NCBI GenBank assembly: GCA_951406725.2
Contig: OX597815.1
Coordinates: 91,698,001 to 91,762,000 of the forward strand
Origin: Octopus vulgaris
Lineage: Eukaryota
DNA length: 64,000 nucleotides
Direction of reading: 5' to 3'
In this document: piece after piece, positions 27,745 to 41,523 of the stretch
How the letters are laid out: the number at the start of each line of letters is the position of its first letter
Numbering within the stretch: position 1 is the stretch's first letter
The notes under the pieces: model-generated
What the model was told of the DNA's origin: nothing
What the model saw: the letters and a program-made list of their open reading frames with translations, nothing else
Database searches by the model: none
Position numbers and translations under genes: made by a program

Positions 27745-28040
27745 GGTATATTGGCAGATTTGTTAAATAAAATGCCTCACCATATTTGTCCTAGCATTCT
27801 GCATTCTGAGCTCAAATCCCACTGAGATTAATTTTACCTTTCAACCTTTTGGGATTATTAAAATATTATTAAGGCAACAAGCTGGCAGAATCAACATGCC
27901 AGGCGAAATTCTTAGCAGTATTTCATTCATTTTTATGTTTTGAGTTCAAATTCCTCCAAGGCTAATTTTGCCTTTCATTCTTTGTGGGTTGATAAAATAA
28001 GTACAAGTTAAACACTGGGTTTGATGTAATCAACTTGACT
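27745..28040 (+). mobile_element. Two tandem SINE-A copies
   Basis: Two ggcagaa / ctgag.tcaaat / ttt.cctttca modules. Confidence 0.7.
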
Positions 28041-29369
28041 ACTCCTGGATAAGAGTATAAAAACTGCACACCTCTGCCAAGCCATGTTGAACCAAAGTGC
28101 CAGAGTAGGTTCATCAAACCAGTATAATCTCAAGCTCAAATTCACAGCTTCCACATCAAATTATGGTTGGTAGAGAGAACATGCTGAGGCCCTCATCCCA
28201 CATTGGACTGAACATAGACAATGCAATCAAATCCAATCCAAAAAAGTACCAGTTCAATCAATGGATTGGTGGAGCTGTTAGAATGTCAGGTTAGACACCT
28301 TGCAGTTTCTAGGCTATCTTTTTGCATTCTGACAGCAATGCCTATGATAATACTGATGCCAAGCTGTATTGGCCCAAGTCAGCAACTTTTCTCTTGACTA
28401 AACATTGGTGGCATAAATAAAGGAGACATTAATACATCGTCAACTGCTAGCATTCTTCCAAAAAGAAGCATACCCAAGCCTGCACATACAAGTGCAGATA
28501 CATGGTCAACATTGGCTGATGAAGGCCCTACATATTCTCTGAGGAGAGACAAGTGTTTGAGCCATCTTCCTCATGGTATGTAACATATTCCACTATTTGA
28601 ATTTAAGAAATTTTCACCATCTTAACAACAGCTCATCTTAGCTATTTAAATATAAAACCCATTAATGCTTTTGGGAAAGACAAGAAGAACATACCAACAT
28701 CCCATTTCTTCTATCTACCTACAAATTTAAGGGAGATGATTTCATATGTATCTCATCAGTAACAAATCGATATCTTTTTTTGACAAACTATGTTCTTTAG
28801 TCAGCTTAAATAGTTTCATTATGGCCTAGTGAGAAATATCACAGATAAATCTTCATTTAGGAGCTAGATTCATGAGCTAATTATATGTTGTGAGAAGCTT
28901 AAATCATAAAATTATTACTATTAATGTGCAATAGTTTGTTGCCATTAACAAACTACGTATAATCTTCACTGTTTGTAGGTAGGTAATTATTATTAATTCT
29001 TCAGCTAATTTGCTTTTTCTTATTGTTTTTACATATAAGAAGCCATTTAAAAGTTTATAGAAACTCTGTATATTAATGAAGTCATTAAGTTTTGCTGTAA
29101 TTTTTTTTTTTTAAGAATCATTAATTCTTGTAAACTCAGTTGACGATAATAAGTTTATAATTTCCAAAAGTGCTTTAATGAGGAGAGTAAACTTTATGAC
29201 TGTTGCAGTTGATTAACAAAATCTGAAGTTGGCTAATAAAATGACACTGCATCTTGTTTCATATCTTGTGAACCTTCAATATTTGCAGGATCAATACTTA
29301 TCTCCAATTTCTTCATCACTGCAGACCTCAGTTTTACAGTGTTTGCTACTGCTAATTTTGATGTAGTTT

Positions 29370-29925
29370 ATTAACCTGCAATACAAGTGGTGTATGAGGA
29401 CTGTATAAGCTATGTACAAATATACAGCAAATAAAATGAGAATCAACAATGAATTTGGTGATGAATTTAGCATGAGAGTAGGTGTCCATCAAAGCTCAGT
29501 CCTCATTCCTCCCCTATTCAGGCCATCACAGGAGTTTCAACCTGACTCTCCATGGGTAACTCTTATATGCCAATGATCTAGTTCTCAGCTGAATCCTCAG
29601 AGGAATTAGACATGGATGCTAAACCTAGGATTAAGAGCACTTCCTTCGTCCTCACCGAAATAAACTTAGGAAAGACTAACATTTTTGTTAGTTGGGAAAA
29701 AGACAGAACCCTGGTATCTTCAGGGAAATGACCTTGCTCAGTACGCAGAAAAGGAATTGGTATAAACTCCATACTCTTTACCTAATGCAAGTTATTGGCA
29801 CATGAGATGTAGTAGAATCACAGACAAACTAAAAGAGAACATAAGCTTCATATGTGACAGCTGCACTGAAGCAGTACATATTATGAGCACACCAGAAATA
29901 GATTCGTTTAAACACTCAGACAGCT
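29370..29925 (+). mobile_element. RTE-clade LINE fragment (reverse transcriptase plus Cys-rich finger), pseudogenised
   Basis: Peptides KMRINNEFGDEFSMRVGVHQSSVLIPPLF, LLYANDLVL (YADD box) and GK*PCSVRRKGIGINSILFT*CK, with stops and frameshifts. Confidence 0.85.
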
Positions 29926-30058
29926 GACCTCGGAACCTTGAACCTCTCAGATGAGAGGGATCAGAATGACTGGGGTTATGTAATTCTCAAGAAGAACCAC
30001 CTAGTTCAGTGAAGATCTGGAAGCTTTGTGTGTCCATATATATATATATATATATATA

Positions 30059-30343
30059 GGCACATGAAAAAAACATTCGAGCAAGGCCATTGCCAGTACC
30101 GCTGGACTGGCTCCTGTGCAGGTGGCACGTAAAAAAACACCATTTGACCATGGCCGTTGCCAGTACCGCCTGACTGGCCCTCGTGCCGGTGGCACATAAA
30201 AACACCCACTACACTCTCGGAGTGGTTGGCGTTAGGAAGGGCATCGAGCTGTAGAAACTCTGCCAGATCAGATTGGAGCCTGGTGCAAATCGTCCAACCC
30301 ATGCTAGCATGGAAAGCAGACGTTAAATGATGAGGATGATGAT
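30059..30343 (+). mobile_element. SINE family B with two internal ~67-bp modules
   Basis: Repeated ggcc.ttgccagtaccgc..gactggc.c..gtgc.ggtggcac.taaaaa, then core and GAT tail. Confidence 0.85.
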
Positions 30344-30872
30344 TTATATATATATAGCAACGACTAAATTGTGCCTATATAAATACATATGTGCACAACT
30401 GGTCCCCTAGCTCAATTTCTTCCCCTAATCTTTCTCACGACCTAGAGCCATTTCACTTCATAGCCATCGTGTATCATCAATGCTGTCCACATTTTACTTT
30501 GTTATCCCCCTCCCCAAGATATTAAATCAACTCACCTTGACCAGCACCATACATCTCTCACTCTCCCCATACACATTGCCTACCTCTCTCTCTATCTACC
30601 CCATCGTCATTACTATTCTGCTACTCTTCACCTCTATGCATCATTGGTCACCCCCAACCCCTTAACCACTGTTCACTCCATCCACTACTCAACCCTATCC
30701 AATGTCTATAGTTGTCACCTACTCTTCCTTACCTGTCTTACTTATAACTCATTATATTCACTTCCTTATCCATTCCCTTATTCACTCTTTTATCCAACTC
30801 ATGCCAGCATGGAACATGAATGTTTAATGATGATATCAGTAATAGCAATAAGAACAACATTATTGTAGTAGC

Positions 30873-30919
<47 letters not shown>

Positions 30920-31873
30920 GTGTTGTTGTTGAAGAACCTACATAAAGTGCTAGGTAGATTCAGCCTGTCAGTGGCAAGATTCAAACCAGCAACCTCTTGA
31001 CTAGTTTTCCAGAGTCTTATTGTCTCAGTTCATCTACACTCTCCTGCTTTGTGAACTGCTGGTGAAATAAATGTTAACACAGATATGTGATAGAACATGG
31101 TTTAGATAGCAGTTACATTAAGTAACTATAACATGTGAACTATTTGTGGCTTTCAAACCACCAGGGAAGTGTTTGCTTCTGTTGGGGTTTTTTGTTTGTT
31201 TGTTTTTTGGAGTTTTTTTTTTGTTTTTCTTTTGGTTTTTTTTTTTTTTGAGGAGGTGGTGCTGGTGACAGTGGCAGATAGCTTTGATCGACTCTGCATG
31301 AATAGGCTTACAGCACAGAGGCAACTGGACAAATGAAGCATTCAGGTAGCATTACCATTGAAGTTCTTATATTTGAAGCACTCTGCTGACATTACTCTCA
31401 CAGCATAAAAAAAAAAAAACATAATCTCCATTTTAAAGACAGTTGGGAATCTACTGAAGAAGATTTAATCTTTACATTGAAGTTGTTGAATGATTACATA
31501 GAAGATCCCTTATTGGCATGTCACCAGTTGACTGCTACTACCTATTGCTGGTTTACAAACTTTCAGTAGCTTGACATTTATAAACCAGCAGGGATTTGTG
31601 AGCCAATGCTCATCTAAGAGACATCACTAATCCATAAACCATTTCCAGTCTGTAAATCTGTAGAGATCTGGGAACTGGGAACCGAGTCTGCACTGCAAAC
31701 CAATCATATTCAGTGACCCATTAGTTCTCTGTGAACTGGCTAAATTAACTATGGTAATTTTAACAGACTGGCTTACTTGACCTAACATATATCATAATGC
31801 TTATGGCAAAGTTGGAACCCTTCGGGACATAGAATTCAGCAATGTAAATTGAAAAATGGGGTAAAAGCCACAA

Positions 31874-32047
31874 ACAATGTTAATAAGAGAGAAAAATACA
31901 ATTTATTCAATGTTTCAGCTTCAATAAGCCCTAATCATGATATGAGAAATCTATAGAGATTTCTCTATATATTTCTCATTTCTTGATTAAGGCTTATTGA
32001 AGCTTAAACATTGAATAAATTGTATTCTTCTCTCTCGTCAGCATTGT
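31874..32047. repeat. Fold-back inverted repeat (~85-bp arms, almost no spacer) with a decayed hammerhead in each arm
   Basis: aatacaatttattcaatgtttcagcttcaataagccctaatca... / ...tgattaaggcttattgaagcttaaacattgaataaattgtatt. Arm consensus is TGATTA-RGGCTT-attg-AAGCT-GAAAC...AATAAA. Confidence 0.8.
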
Positions 32048-32196
32048 AGTAGATATTATTACTCTGTTGATATTTTTTTTTTATTAAATTTTACTAATAA
32101 TGCTTTAAGCAGAACTTATGGTATTATACTACTATCAGCACTGTAAAAGTTTTAACCATAATATGCCTGCCTATCAATCTGGATATATACATATCT

Positions 32197-32230
<34 letters not shown>

Positions 32231-32460
32231 ACGCGCATGTGTTACAAAGGCCTGTAGTTATTATGTGACTTTAGTTGTTTAAGAGCTTTTTGCTGAGTGA
32301 GCATTCTACTTGCCTGCTCAGCCCAACTGGGAGCCTTCCTAATGAACAGGACAAATCGATGTTGGAACATGTATTTTTGCATGGTTCGATGCTTTTCCTA
32401 ACACCGATCTCTCAACTGTGAAGTGGCTACTTATTCATTCATGTGTGTGTATGTGTGCAT

Positions 32461-32671
<211 letters not shown>

Positions 32672-33674
32672 CCTTTTAATGCATTTATAGGTGAGGTGAG
32701 GTTTATGTATATATGCCTTTCAATGAAATTTGCTATATGCACAGCATATACACTTATAGATGTGTGAGTGTATATTGATGTTAAATAGATTATGCATCAT
32801 TTCAGAGTGTTTCTCTTAATATTCATCAGCAAAATACTTCACTGTGTATATGTGACTGTCTTACTTTCAATGAGCATGTGTGTGTGTGTGTATGTGTGTG
32901 TTCCAAGATGGTTCAGAATGTGTTCATATCAATTATCTCATATAGATTTCTTGGTTTCCTTATTATTTAATTATTATAGCTTATTACACAGAAATGTGGT
33001 TGTTTGTTCATTCCTAAAGCTACGTATACTTATAATATGTATGCATGTGTGTATGTATGTATTTATAAGCACAAACACACATATGTATGTGCACATACAC
33101 ACATGCACATGAGCACAGCACACACACATGCACATCCACATTATCGTTTTGCTTTTTACGCTGGCATGGCTTGTGTGGCACATTATGGTCCAAGATAGTT
33201 CAGACCAGGAGCAACTACCCTGCTACATGGCTTGGGGAACCATGTCTTCCTTGTATACTTCATTTTGATTTCTATGGATGGATGCACTTCCTATCACCAA
33301 CCATTCCACAGTGTGTACTGTTGACATTTTATCATGAAACCAGTGCATGAGGCATAATCGTAGCCTTGACAAGACTATATGTAGATATATATATGTATGT
33401 GTGTGTGTGTGTGTGTTTGTGTAGGTATTCATGTATTGTATGCATAGACATCATTTTGATGTCTGCTTTTCCCTGCTTGCATGGGCCAGAGAGAGTTTGC
33501 TGAGGCAGGTTTTCAGCAGTCGGATGCCCTTCCTGTCACCAATCCTTACCTGTTTCCAAGCAAAGTAACTTTTTTCCCATGGTCAGACATGTTTTCATAG
33601 AACATTAGAAATGAATGATTCTGCTTGTATGACTGTGACAATCATTTAACAATTATAATGCAATATCACATGTA

Positions 33675-33800
33675 TGGCAGGTTTCTTTCAGTTTCTGTCT
33701 ACCAAATCCACTCACAAGGCTTGGGAGTCTAGTAGAAAGCACTTGCCCTAGGTGCCACACAGTGGGACCAAAATCATATGGGTGAGAAGCAAGCTTTATA
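33675..33800 (-). mobile_element. SINE family C head (CORE-like)
   Basis: tttctttcagtttctgtctaccaaatccactcacaaggc...cacttgccc.aggtgccac. Confidence 0.7.
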
Positions 33801-33802
33801 TA

Positions 33803-33849
<47 letters not shown>

Positions 33850-33850
33850 G

Positions 33851-33889
<39 letters not shown>

Positions 33890-33892
<3 letters not shown>

Positions 33893-34874
33893 AATATTAC
33901 AGAAGTAAATCTGAAATTATACATTCAAATTTATTAATTGTTATAATGTGAATATTTAATATTTAGTAGACATGCCCTTTGCATTTTTCAATGCAAGGAC
34001 CCTATTAGGCATGTTACTGATCAGATGACAAATATTCTCTTGAGGAATCTCTTGCCAAGTTTCATGCAGTAATCTCAAAAGATCTGGCTTTGAAGATGCT
34101 TTCTTGTTCTTTTTATGAAGTGTCCTGTCCATTATGCCCCAGAAGTGTTCAGTAGGGTTCATATCTGGCTACTGGCTTGGCCATGGAAGCTTTGTAATGC
34201 CATTCTCATCCAACAAATCTTGGGGCATTTTAGCTGTGTGACAAGGTGCTTCATCTTCCATAAATAAAGAGTCTTCTTTAATCATTCTACCACTGTAGAA
34301 GATTGGAAGTCCTTTCTATAATGGACATATATTTTATGTTTCCCTTACACTCCACCATAATTGATTGACCATTGCTCTAAATTGCTCCCTAGACCATCAC
34401 AGAATAGCGGCCATGTTTCATTATTGGCTGCAATCTTTTCACATCAAATTCTTGATCACAGATCTCCATACCCACACCTGACCGCTGTCAGAGAATACAG
34501 CAAATCTGGACTCATTGGAGAATATGACAGTGTCCCAAAATGCTCGTGGCCTCTCTACCATCTCACTAGCCCAATCCTTTCTCTGCTTGATATTGGCTAG
34601 TCAAAGAAGTGGCTTCCTTCTTACTGCTCTGCCATAGTAGCCAAGATTTTCTGTGATTTTACACTGTGTCCACCTTCAGATTGACCCACAATATGGCCTC
34701 TTTGAAATTCAGACAGTTCCAAGGCTTCTTTTGTACATGGCTTGATTAAACAGTCACATATAGAACCTGGAAAATTAAAATGTCAATTAATAAAAAAACA
34801 TTAGCCTTTACAAGTTAGAATAAGCATAAAACAATGTTTCATGGGGTGTCTATTTACTTTTATCATGTCTATGT
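33890..34874 (-). mobile_element. Decayed Tc1 (DD34E) DNA transposon, transposase pseudogene
   Basis: Minus-strand peptides FWDTVIFSNESRF and LFMEDEAPCHTAK...WPSQ*PDMNPTEHFW...LKNAKGMSTKY, with 34 residues between D and E. Has an in-frame stop and indels. One TIR-like end at ~34845-34874; the other is lost in a microsatellite. Confidence 0.9.
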
Positions 34875-34898
34875 ATGTATACACACACATATTATATA

Positions 34899-35571
34899 TA
34901 TAAAGATAAATTAAATATGGAGATATTCAATTGACAATCCAATAATTTAGTTATATAATATTACATTAAATATTATGAATATAATATATAACATAACATA
35001 ATATTATATAAATAATTATAAAAACCATAAAAGGCCAACAAATTGTTTCGACTTATATATATTTTTTTTTCTGATTTACATAATCACAGTTCCATTATAT
35101 ATATAGTCACTTGGACATGAAAGGGTTTCAATCGGTATATGTTTGAGATGCCATGAAGTGAATTTCAATGGTTGTGGATTGCACTTACTTGATTGTATCG
35201 TCTGTTAAAGTGATTTTGTTGTTTTTTAATTGTAATTGCTGTATGATTGAATAGTTAACGCTCAAGCTCATAACACAGACATTTGAATTAATTTTTACAA
35301 TCCAGCCATCCTTTCACATGGAATTTTTTTTTTTTTTTTCAAGCTAAGACCCTGAAGTGACTATATATATGATGGAACTGTGATTATATATATCAGAAAA
35401 ATATATATATAAGTCGAAACAATTTGTTGGCCTTCTATGGTTTTTATAATTATTTATGTTTTATAATATTATGTTGTTATATATTATATTCAGAGTATTT
35501 AATGTAATATTGTAATATAAATAAATTTTTGGATTGTCAATTGAATATCTCTATATTTAACTTATCTTTAT
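34899..35571. repeat. Large fold-back inverted repeat (~215-bp arms, ~240-bp spacer)
   Basis: 34899-35112 is the reverse complement of ~35355-35571, e.g. aaggccaacaaattgtttcgacttatatatat / atatatataagtcgaaacaatttgttggcctt and gagatattcaattgacaatcca / tggattgtcaattgaatatctc. Confidence 0.88.
35346..35434 (+). ncRNA. Hammerhead motif with A9->U lesion, in fold-back arm
   Basis: AAGACC-CTGAAGT-GACT(ATATATAT)...(ATATATAT)aAGTC-GAAA-CA-att-TG-T-T-GGCCTT. Stem I pairs 5 of 6; stems II and III form; GUU triplet. Confidence 0.55.
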
Positions 35572-35693
35572 AACTGAATTATACCAATATTTATATAGTA
35601 TCCAACTGAAGTACCAGTGAATTGGATGTTTAACACACCCCTTTGAAGGATTCCTTTTCCTCAGTTTGTTACTTTATATATATATGTATGTAT

Positions 35694-35741
<48 letters not shown>

Positions 35742-35742
35742 G

Positions 35743-35793
<51 letters not shown>

Positions 35794-36945
35794 AAAGCAA
35801 GGTATAGAGCAACTAACGCTTCCTTCTGAAGCATTGTATATTGAGTTCTACACCAGGTTATTAGTATCAAAATGCCCAAGTGAAAGGTGTGTGTGTAAAC
35901 TATAGCTGTCACTTGCAGTTGAAGATGTTACAATATCAACAAGGCTAGATCTTTATATTACAATCCATTGGATGGACTTCTATACAGCTTCTGTCTCCCC
36001 ATTTTCTCTTACAAAGCATGAGCTATTCTTGGGTCAGTATTGATTGCTATAGCCTGGAGCTAGGGAAGATAATAGTTGCCTCAGATGCTAAGATGTCAAA
36101 GAGTAAGACCATACCTCATTGATTGTGAAGCAAACTTCTAAAATATTTGCCATACTGTGCAATATTTGCCTACATGGTATATATATATATATATACACAC
36201 ACACAAACACGCACATACTTACACACACATATATATGCATATCATCATCATCATCATCATTCTGTGTATTCACCATCTGTATGTATTGGAGCTTCCAGCA
36301 TGAATGCCAAGCAGTACAGCATGTCATTTCCAAATTTCTGGCAGAATGAATTGCCATAGTGCTGTTTTTCTCACAGACAGTACCCAACTGACCCTACTAT
36401 ACTGTGTAGTTGGCAAAATCAAAAACAAACAATGCATGAAATTAAAACTATACAATGACAATTTACCCATTGCACCCTGTATGTGTGTGTGTGCACATGA
36501 TTATATTCTGTCATTACTTGAGCTAAGCAGTGCTGATGTATGATGTTGAGATTGGTTACTCAAAGACCTGTGGAATAAAGAGATCTCTTCCCTGAAAAAC
36601 TAGTAAGGGTTAGTGATAGGAAAAGCATCTGGACTTAAAATTCTGCCTCAAATAACTCTCCATCCAAATCCAAGCTAGTCTGGATAAAAACTGTACCATG
36701 CCTTGGTGTCTGTTTATATATGTATTAAATGTTGTTAAGTAACGATCTGGAGAAGTACTACTCAATACAAACAGAGAGAACAGTAGTTTATTAATGCCAA
36801 TTCAGGGGCCACTTCTTCAGATAAGTCCATACTGGCAAAAAACATGTCTCAAATAAAATAAGATACATGTATGTGTGAGTGTGTATATTTATGTTTGTAT
36901 GTGTGTGTGTGTGTGTAAAATTTCCTTTCAGTAATGTGTCTCTTT

Positions 36946-37157
36946 AAGACAGCGGCAGAATCGTTAACACACTGGACCACCTGCTTAGCAGCATTTCATC
37001 CGTCTTTATGTTCTGAGTTCATATTCCGCTGAAGTTGACTTTGCCTTTCATCTTTTTGGAGTTGATAAAATAAGTACCAGTTGAGCACTTGGGTCGAAGC
37101 AATCAACTTAACTCCTTCTCCAAAATTGCTGGCCTGGTGCCAAAATTTGAAATCAAT
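36946..37157 (+). mobile_element. SINE family A
   Basis: ggcagaatcgttaac...gagttcatattccgctgaagttgactttgcctttcatc...aaaataagtaccagttgagcact. Confidence 0.85.
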
Positions 37158-37514
37158 GAATGTGTCTTTTAAATTCTGCAATATCAACTTTGCTGTTCCA
37201 TTCTTCCAGATTTACAATATACAGTTCCAGTTAACTTCTGGTATATGTTGACCACCAATTTTTACCAACTAACAAGGAGATAGTATAGTTACAGTAAAGT
37301 ACAAATCTCCAGCCATATGCATAGTTCCAACAACAGACAAAATGACACACTGGCTGAAGTACATTGCCATCATATTAATTTTATATATATATCAGTTATA
37401 CCAATATCTGTGCCAATACTGCTCACAACCACATATACTATCGTTCACTCATGCATCAAACATTCTCTCTATAAGTGAGCCCATTAAAAACAGATAAGGT
37501 AAGATAAAAAGAAA

Positions 37515-37571
37515 TATATGAATGTGTGTGTGTATGTGCATGTTTTTAATATATATATATATGTGTATGTA

Positions 37572-37604
<33 letters not shown>

Positions 37605-37621
37605 GTATGTGTGTATGTATG

Positions 37622-37664
<43 letters not shown>

Positions 37665-37666
37665 AT

Positions 37667-37700
<34 letters not shown>

Positions 37701-37721
37701 ATATATATATATATGTATGTG

Positions 37722-37784
<63 letters not shown>

Positions 37785-37787
37785 ATG

Positions 37788-37849
<62 letters not shown>

Positions 37850-37900
37850 GTATATATATATGTATGTGTATATATATATATATATGTATATATATATGTA

Positions 37901-37960
<60 letters not shown>

Positions 37961-38079
37961 GATAGATAGATAGATAGATTAAATTAGATGAGATTAGATT
38001 ATATATACATTATTTATATAAATATATTTACATATATATAATATATATAATATAAAGCTAGATTATAGATAAGTATTTT

Positions 38080-38115
<36 letters not shown>

Positions 38116-38300
38116 TATTTATATACACACACATATATAAATGTATGTATGTATGTATAAACATATATACAAACATACCTGTCATATATTTTATGTATAT
38201 AATATATATATGTATGTGTATGCATATATATATATCTACATCTATCTATATTGTGCACACACACACACGCACACACATACATACATGCACACATATGCAC
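37515..38300. repeat. Long compound (AT)n/(GT)n/(GATA)n microsatellite field
   Basis: Direct reading. Confidence 0.95.
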
Positions 38301-38679
38301 TCTAATGTTAACATGTTACAGCAGAAAACATTTTTTTCAGCATCTCCACCTCCACCACCACTCGTAGTTTCCTTGAAGAATATGGAAACATAATTAATTA
38401 TATCACTTATTAACAGCTTCCCAGCTACACTTATACAATGAATAGGAACTGGCAAGGAAGAGGGGAAAAAAATCAAACTACACAACCATTAAATACTACT
38501 CTTATTATTTTCACTTATTTATCTATTTATTTTGTGTTTTATTCTGTGTAGAATTTTTCTTATATTTAATAAAACTAGCCGCTGGCTCAGGGGAAGGAAT
38601 TTATTTGTTACATTATAAAAATTTAATGGACTTATGTTTGTTTTGTTTATGTGTGTATCTCTCCCTCCCTGTCTCTACG

Positions 38680-38809
38680 TATGTATGTGTTTGCATGTGT
38701 ATATGTATATATATGTGTGTGTGTGTGTATATATATATATATGTGTGTGTGTATATATATATATATGTGTGTATGTATATATATATATGTGTGTATATAT
38801 ATATCTGTG

Positions 38810-38873
<64 letters not shown>

Positions 38874-39030
38874 TGTATGTATATATATGTGTGTATGTCT
38901 GTATTTTTGTGTCTGTGTACATATGTATAAACAGATAGAGAGATAGATAGATAGATAGATAAGAAGAATACTTGATAGTTAGATCAGTTGGGAGGTAGGG
39001 AGGTAGGTAGGTAGGTAGGTAGGTGGTTGG
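38680..39030. repeat. Compound (AT)n/(GT)n/(GATA)n/(GGTA)n microsatellite field
   Basis: Direct reading. Confidence 0.9.
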
Positions 39031-40347
39031 GTAGACTGACAGAGTGACTATGAACATTGTAAATGTAGTTTAATATGAATGAGTGTGTGTGTGTGTGTAT
39101 GTCCAATTATAGAGATCACACTCCTTTTAAAACATCCCTGCTGTGCATACACATCTATGTATATATGCACATTTGTATGAAAATGAGTTTGTATGTGTAT
39201 ATGTGTGCTTGTGTGTGTGTGTGTGTGTGTGTGTTGTGTGTCTTTTGTCATACATTAATCAGCCTTATGTGCTAGTTGTTATATGGAGGCATTTCATTCA
39301 GAATCACCAAATACTATCTCATTCAGAAGTTATCATCAGAATGTCTGTGGTGAATGTTATGCAGTACAGTCCTATTAATTCACTTCCATTTATACACAAT
39401 CTAACATATGTACTATGGGCATATACAATCATCAACCATAGAAATATTCCTTTATGGAATACCGTGGGGATTTATTTTCATATACTGTTGTGAATATGTG
39501 TCTTCTAATATCACTATGAGAAAATTTCAGTTTGTTCCACCTGTCCATGTACATAGATTTCATTTTTCAGCATATATCTATTTACTTTTATATATGTACT
39601 TATATGTGTATATGAGTGTGTGTGTATATACTGCAGGTAGATGCACATGAACCTAAGCAGCTTTTCATTTATTCTCACAATATATATATCAGTTGTCAAC
39701 ATCATAAATGGGTGGTGCATAAATCAACCAGGAACAGATAAAGGAATGAAGCAATAACTCTATGTCAGTGACAAATAAAAATTGTCTTAAAAAATTTGTG
39801 AAAAATACCTTCAGTGTTTTCTTATGGGAGAATATAAATTGCATTGCATTGCTTAAATACATGCCAGTATGAACCTAGGTAATACAATCTTAGTTCATCT
39901 GATTATATTCAGTACATAACAACTCACTGGATTGTCAGTACTACAACTTTATGTGTATGTGAATTAAACAATCAAGAATGGGCCTCAAGGATACTACATA
40001 TGAAAAATATAGAAAAAATTACAAGTCATTTCATGAAACATTTAGTTGTGTGCCTGACTACTTACTTATCTCATCAGCTGCTGGTGAACTAAAGACAGCT
40101 ACTTGTTTACATACACAATATATAACAGCTGTTGTTGACACCAGAAGTGGATGATGTATAAATCAGAACACTCTGCTTAGTTCTGTCTGTGTGTGAGGTG
40201 GGGGGGGGTATGTACATGTGTTATGTATGCACATATGTACATATGTATGTACAAGTGAGTGAACTAACAAGAGTGGCTCTCAATTCATATAGTTAGAGGC
40301 ATATTTATTGAGTAAAAGGTTGGTGTAGCTCATGTTACTTACATTTA

Positions 40348-40765
40348 TCATCATTATCATCATCATCATTTAATGTCAGCTTTCCATGCTGGCATAGGCT
40401 GGATAGTTTGACAGGAGCTGGCTATCCATAAGACTGCATCAGGTTTCATTGTCTGTTTCGGTATGGTTTTTATAGCTAGATGCCCTTCCTAACACTAACC
40501 ACCCCCACAGAGTGAACTGAGTGCTTTTTACATAGCACCAGCACGGTCTCTTTTAGCATGGCTTTTACAGCTCAATGCCCTTCCAAATGCCAACCACTTT
40601 ACAGTGTGAACTGGATACTTTTTATGTAGCACCAGCACTGGCAGGGTCACCAAATAACTTGCTAGACAAAGATCCTTTGAGAAGGAGGTCACTGTAGGAG
40701 ATGGTCTTGTGCCAGGTGATGAGAGGTTAAAGTGTGATAAAGGGATAGAAACAGGTGTCCTGCTG
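40348..40765 (-). mobile_element. SINE family B, long variant
   Basis: Collinear with 18734-19150. Confidence 0.75.
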
Positions 40766-41222
40766 ATATATATATATATAAACGAAGTGATCCCAAGATA
40801 AGAAATCTTTGAACTTTAATTCATCCCGTATCTCTATTTATTATTTATTATTCATTATTATTCTGATCCCCCTCGTCGCCACTCTGTTTACTATTTCAGC
40901 CTCGCCTCGTTTTTGCATATTCTGTATAATTCATTAGTTATCGTTATAGATATTTAAGATCTATCTCCCTTACAGGGCTGATAGAATGGCCACCGATTCT
41001 TCGCGGTGCACCCGCCCTACCCACCCCCACCACCAATACCGGATATCTCTATTTTGCTCCAACTATACCGGATGTCGTTTCTCCCACCACCATTATAGGT
41101 GTCTACTCTTTGAACCCCCTCTTCAATACGCTATTTCACCATGCATTACCCCTCTCTTGATATCCTACGTTCTACTTGCCTAGAACCTGTCCTCTGAACC
41201 ACCCCTCCCACTGGTGCTCCCC

Positions 41223-41485
41223 TATATTTCTGCACCCCCTCCATAAAAAGCACCATCCGAACGTGGCCGATGCCAGACCCCTCTGGCACCTGTGCAGGTG
41301 GCACGTAAAAAACACCCACTACACTCGCGGAGTAGTTGGCGTTAGGAAGGGCATCCAGCTGTAGAAACACTGCCAGACTAGACTGGAGCCTGGGGCAGTC
41401 CCGAGCTCCCCAGACCCCGGTCGAAACCGTCCAACCCGTGCTAGCGCGGAAAACGGACGTTAAACGATGATGATGATGATGATGA

Positions 41486-41489
<4 letters not shown>
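41223..41489 (+). mobile_element. SINE family B, young (CpG-rich) copy
   Basis: gttaggaagggcatccagctgtagaaac...gtccaacccgtgctagcgcggaaaacggacgttaaac(gat)n. Confidence 0.88.

Positions 41490-41518
<29 letters not shown>

Positions 41519-41523
<5 letters not shown>

Noticed and set aside
28512-28565. CTGATGAAGGCC motif; similar weak cases at ~36790-36842 (-) and ~63195-63235 (-)
   Set aside because: No GAAA is correctly placed after a closing stem II.
34361-34600. Plus-strand 79-aa ORF
   Set aside because: It is antisense to the decayed Tc1 transposase.
37484-37969. Long YI/CV/HT-rich ORFs here and at 24817-25220, 25908-26191, 32418-32767 and 38605-39057
   Set aside because: They are translations of microsatellites.
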